From positions 1 to 38,639 of IMG/VR virus record IMGVR_UViG_2778261594_000006: a stretch of DNA of 38,639 nt; one strand, 5' to 3'. The DNA comes from a virus (lineage: Duplodnaviria; Heunggongvirae; Uroviricota; Caudoviricetes). Below the pieces are notes generated by a model that was not told the origin of the DNA, did not search any database, and worked only from the letters and a program-made list of their open reading frames with translations. This document shows, in pieces, positions 36,822 through 38,639 of the stretch (its first letter is position 1; each line of letters starts with the position of its first letter). Made by a program: the position numbers and the translations under genes.

Positions 36822-38639
36822 ATGTCAAATATCACCGCCAATGTTGTGGTAAGCATGCCTTCGCAACTCTTCACTATGGCTCGTTCTTTTAAAGCCGTAG
36901 CCAATGGCAAAATTTATATCGGTAAAATTGACACGGATCCGGTAAATCCTGAAAACCAGATTCAGGTTTATGTGGAGAACGAAGACGGCTCTCACGTTCC
37001 TGTTTCTCAACCAATCATCATTAACGCTGCTGGTTATCCGGTATATAACGGACAGATTGCCAAGTTCGTTACAGTGCAAGGCCATTCTATGGCTGTATAT
37101 GATGCATATGGCACTCAGCAGTTTTATTTTCCAAATGTATTAAAATACGATCCAGATCAGTTAAGGCAACAGCTTGAGAGTAGTTCTGGTGCTGACATAG
37201 TCATGACTGGATCAGCTCCATTCATTGTTAGAAGTGTTGGCGACATTCTAAAAGACATTCCTACCAATAAATATTTTGGTGCCAAATGTGATGGTGTAAC
37301 TGATGATACAGTAGCAAATCAAACTGCTCTTGACTGGTCTGCTGATAACAAAAGAGATATTATTTTTGTAGGTAAAAGTTGTATAACTGAAAGACTTATT
37401 CATAAATCAGGTTCACGAGTCACGCATCTCGGAGAAATAAAACCCCGTGACTTTTCAGATGATGTTGTTATTGAGGTAAAAGACGACGCGTGGAGGGATC
37501 CTTACAATGATGGAATAACGGCAATAGATACAGGTGATAGAGTTCATATTGATGGTCTATATATTGCCCCTGACTCTGTAATAGATGCTGTTGGTATTCT
37601 TGGTACTGATGGAGTGGATCCGATCATATCAAGATTAAGAACATTCAACATGAGAAGGGGAGGAATTAAGATTGTTAAGGGGTATGGATGGAACATATCA
37701 AACATTTCAATCATTGCACCTTTTGATCAAAATAACTCTCATGATTATGCAGGAATTAGACATGAAACGTCAGATTCATTTTATTCTAACGTTATAGTTT
37801 CAGGATATACTACTGGACTTGATATGCCTGGAAATGCTAATCAAGTATCAAAGGCCCACTGCTGGGGAATGTCATCACCAGATAGAACCACTCGTAATAT
37901 GTTATTCGGCCTTAAAATGAGCGGTAGTGGTAATAACGTAGTGCAATTCTATTCTGACTCACCGAAAAAAATAAACAAAACACAAGCAGCCAGTATTACA
38001 AATGGAGGGATTGGTTATGTAATTTCTGGTTTTAACAACACATTTTTATCACCTAGGAACCTATCTCATCAGGATTGTGGCTTGAAATATGGTAAGGTTT
38101 TTCTGATATCTGGTTCTGAGAATACCTTTATTAGCCCCTTAATAGGTGATTATGCATACATTGAAGATGATGGATTTTTCACATTTACAGATTCGGCAAG
38201 CCCGCTAAACAACTATGTTTATGGTGGAAATATGCAATCTACATATTTGTATCCAATCGCAAGCGGTAGCTACAAGCCAACAGTAAATATACCGTGTACA
38301 TATACAAATCAGTCATATACGCATAATATTTTACAAAAAAACGTAATTGGACGTGTAGTTATAACATGCAATATAACTAATAATTCTTCAGGAGATACAT
38401 TTTACATTCAACTACCTCCTTACCTATCAACAATAGCAGGTAGTGCTGTTGGCTCAATAACAAATAATCTTACAACCTCAATAAGATCAGATACCAATCT
38501 TTTTGCCGTAGAGCCTTATGTGGCAGATGGAAGGATATATTTCAGGAGAATATTTAGAGCTGGAGCATCAGACGATATAAAACAAAACATGTTTAATACA
38601 GGAAACGCATTCTTTGATATATCAATAAACGCAAGATAA
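36822..38639 (+). CDS. Tailspike protein: P22 gp9-type N-terminal head-binding domain fused to a divergent beta-helix receptor-binding domain
   Basis: First about 110 aa ([46 protein letters not shown]...VLKYDPDQ) match the P22 tailspike head-binding domain; the remainder is AT-rich and unrelated to the P22 endorhamnosidase domain; stop at the window end. Confidence 0.9.
   Translation: MSNITANVVVSMPSQLFTMARSFKAVANGKIYIGKIDTDPVNPENQIQVYVENEDGSHVPVSQPIIINAAGYPVYNGQIAKFVTVQGHSMAVYDAYGTQQFYFPNVLKYDPDQLRQQLESSSGADIVMTGSAPFIVRSVGDILKDIPTNKYFGAKCDGVTDDTVANQTALDWSADNKRDIIFVGKSCITERLIHKSGSRVTHLGEIKPRDFSDDVVIEVKDDAWRDPYNDGITAIDTGDRVHIDGLYIAPDSVIDAVGILGTDGVDPIISRLRTFNMRRGGIKIVKGYGWNISNISIIAPFDQNNSHDYAGIRHETSDSFYSNVIVSGYTTGLDMPGNANQVSKAHCWGMSSPDRTTRNMLFGLKMSGSGNNVVQFYSDSPKKINKTQAASITNGGIGYVISGFNNTFLSPRNLSHQDCGLKYGKVFLISGSENTFISPLIGDYAYIEDDGFFTFTDSASPLNNYVYGGNMQSTYLYPIASGSYKPTVNIPCTYTNQSYTHNILQKNVIGRVVITCNITNNSSGDTFYIQLPPYLSTIAGSAVGSITNNLTTSIRSDTNLFAVEPYVADGRIYFRRIFRAGASDDIKQNMFNTGNAFFDISINAR

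Larger units (their letters stand above)
1690..38639. mobile_element. P22-like lambdoid prophage (Sf6/HK620-type structural module), left junction at att core; right end lies beyond the window
   Basis: Contiguous phage gene order from excisionase to tailspike; att core at 1690-1704; chromosomal gene to the left. Confidence 0.85.

Noticed and set aside
1-38639. Integrase gene expected next to the excisionase
   Set aside because: No tyrosine- or serine-recombinase ORF exists in the window; it presumably lies beyond the tailspike at the other prophage end.

Overview
The window is almost entirely one lambdoid prophage with P22/Sf6-type morphogenesis genes, integrated at an Arg-tRNA (argW-type) attachment site next to a chromosomal sucrose permease gene (cscB-like, 1-1248). 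All calls rest on reading the six-frame translations and the raw sequence by eye and on recalled family features; no database search or computation was run. The left junction carries a 15-nt att core (1690-1704, reverse complement of a tRNA 3' end) followed by a TorI-type excisionase. No integrase is present, so it presumably lies beyond the right edge. Gene order is: leftward early operon (N with P22-type Arg-rich motif, zinc-finger ORF, CIII, Kil, Rad52-family recombinase, SSB, Lar, Ea22-like, DUF551, ASCH-like); immunity region (CI, Cro, CII, nutL/nutR); replication (O-like with internal iterons, DnaB-like helicase); nin region (NinB/E/F/H, RusA, Q); a lambda-type lysis cassette (S, R, Rz/Rz1); a Rha moron; P22-type packaging, head and tail-machine genes; immI (mnt/arc/ant); and a tailspike ending at the window edge. 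The most notable observations are an HNH homing endonuclease inserted into the 5' end of gene 10 with a duplicated, diverged 5' remnant; an AT-rich accessory cassette translationally coupled to mnt (candidate exclusion or defense module); a tailspike whose receptor-binding part looks exchanged; an SSB with a 15-residue extension past the DDDIPF tip; and tRNA-derived segments split around torI.
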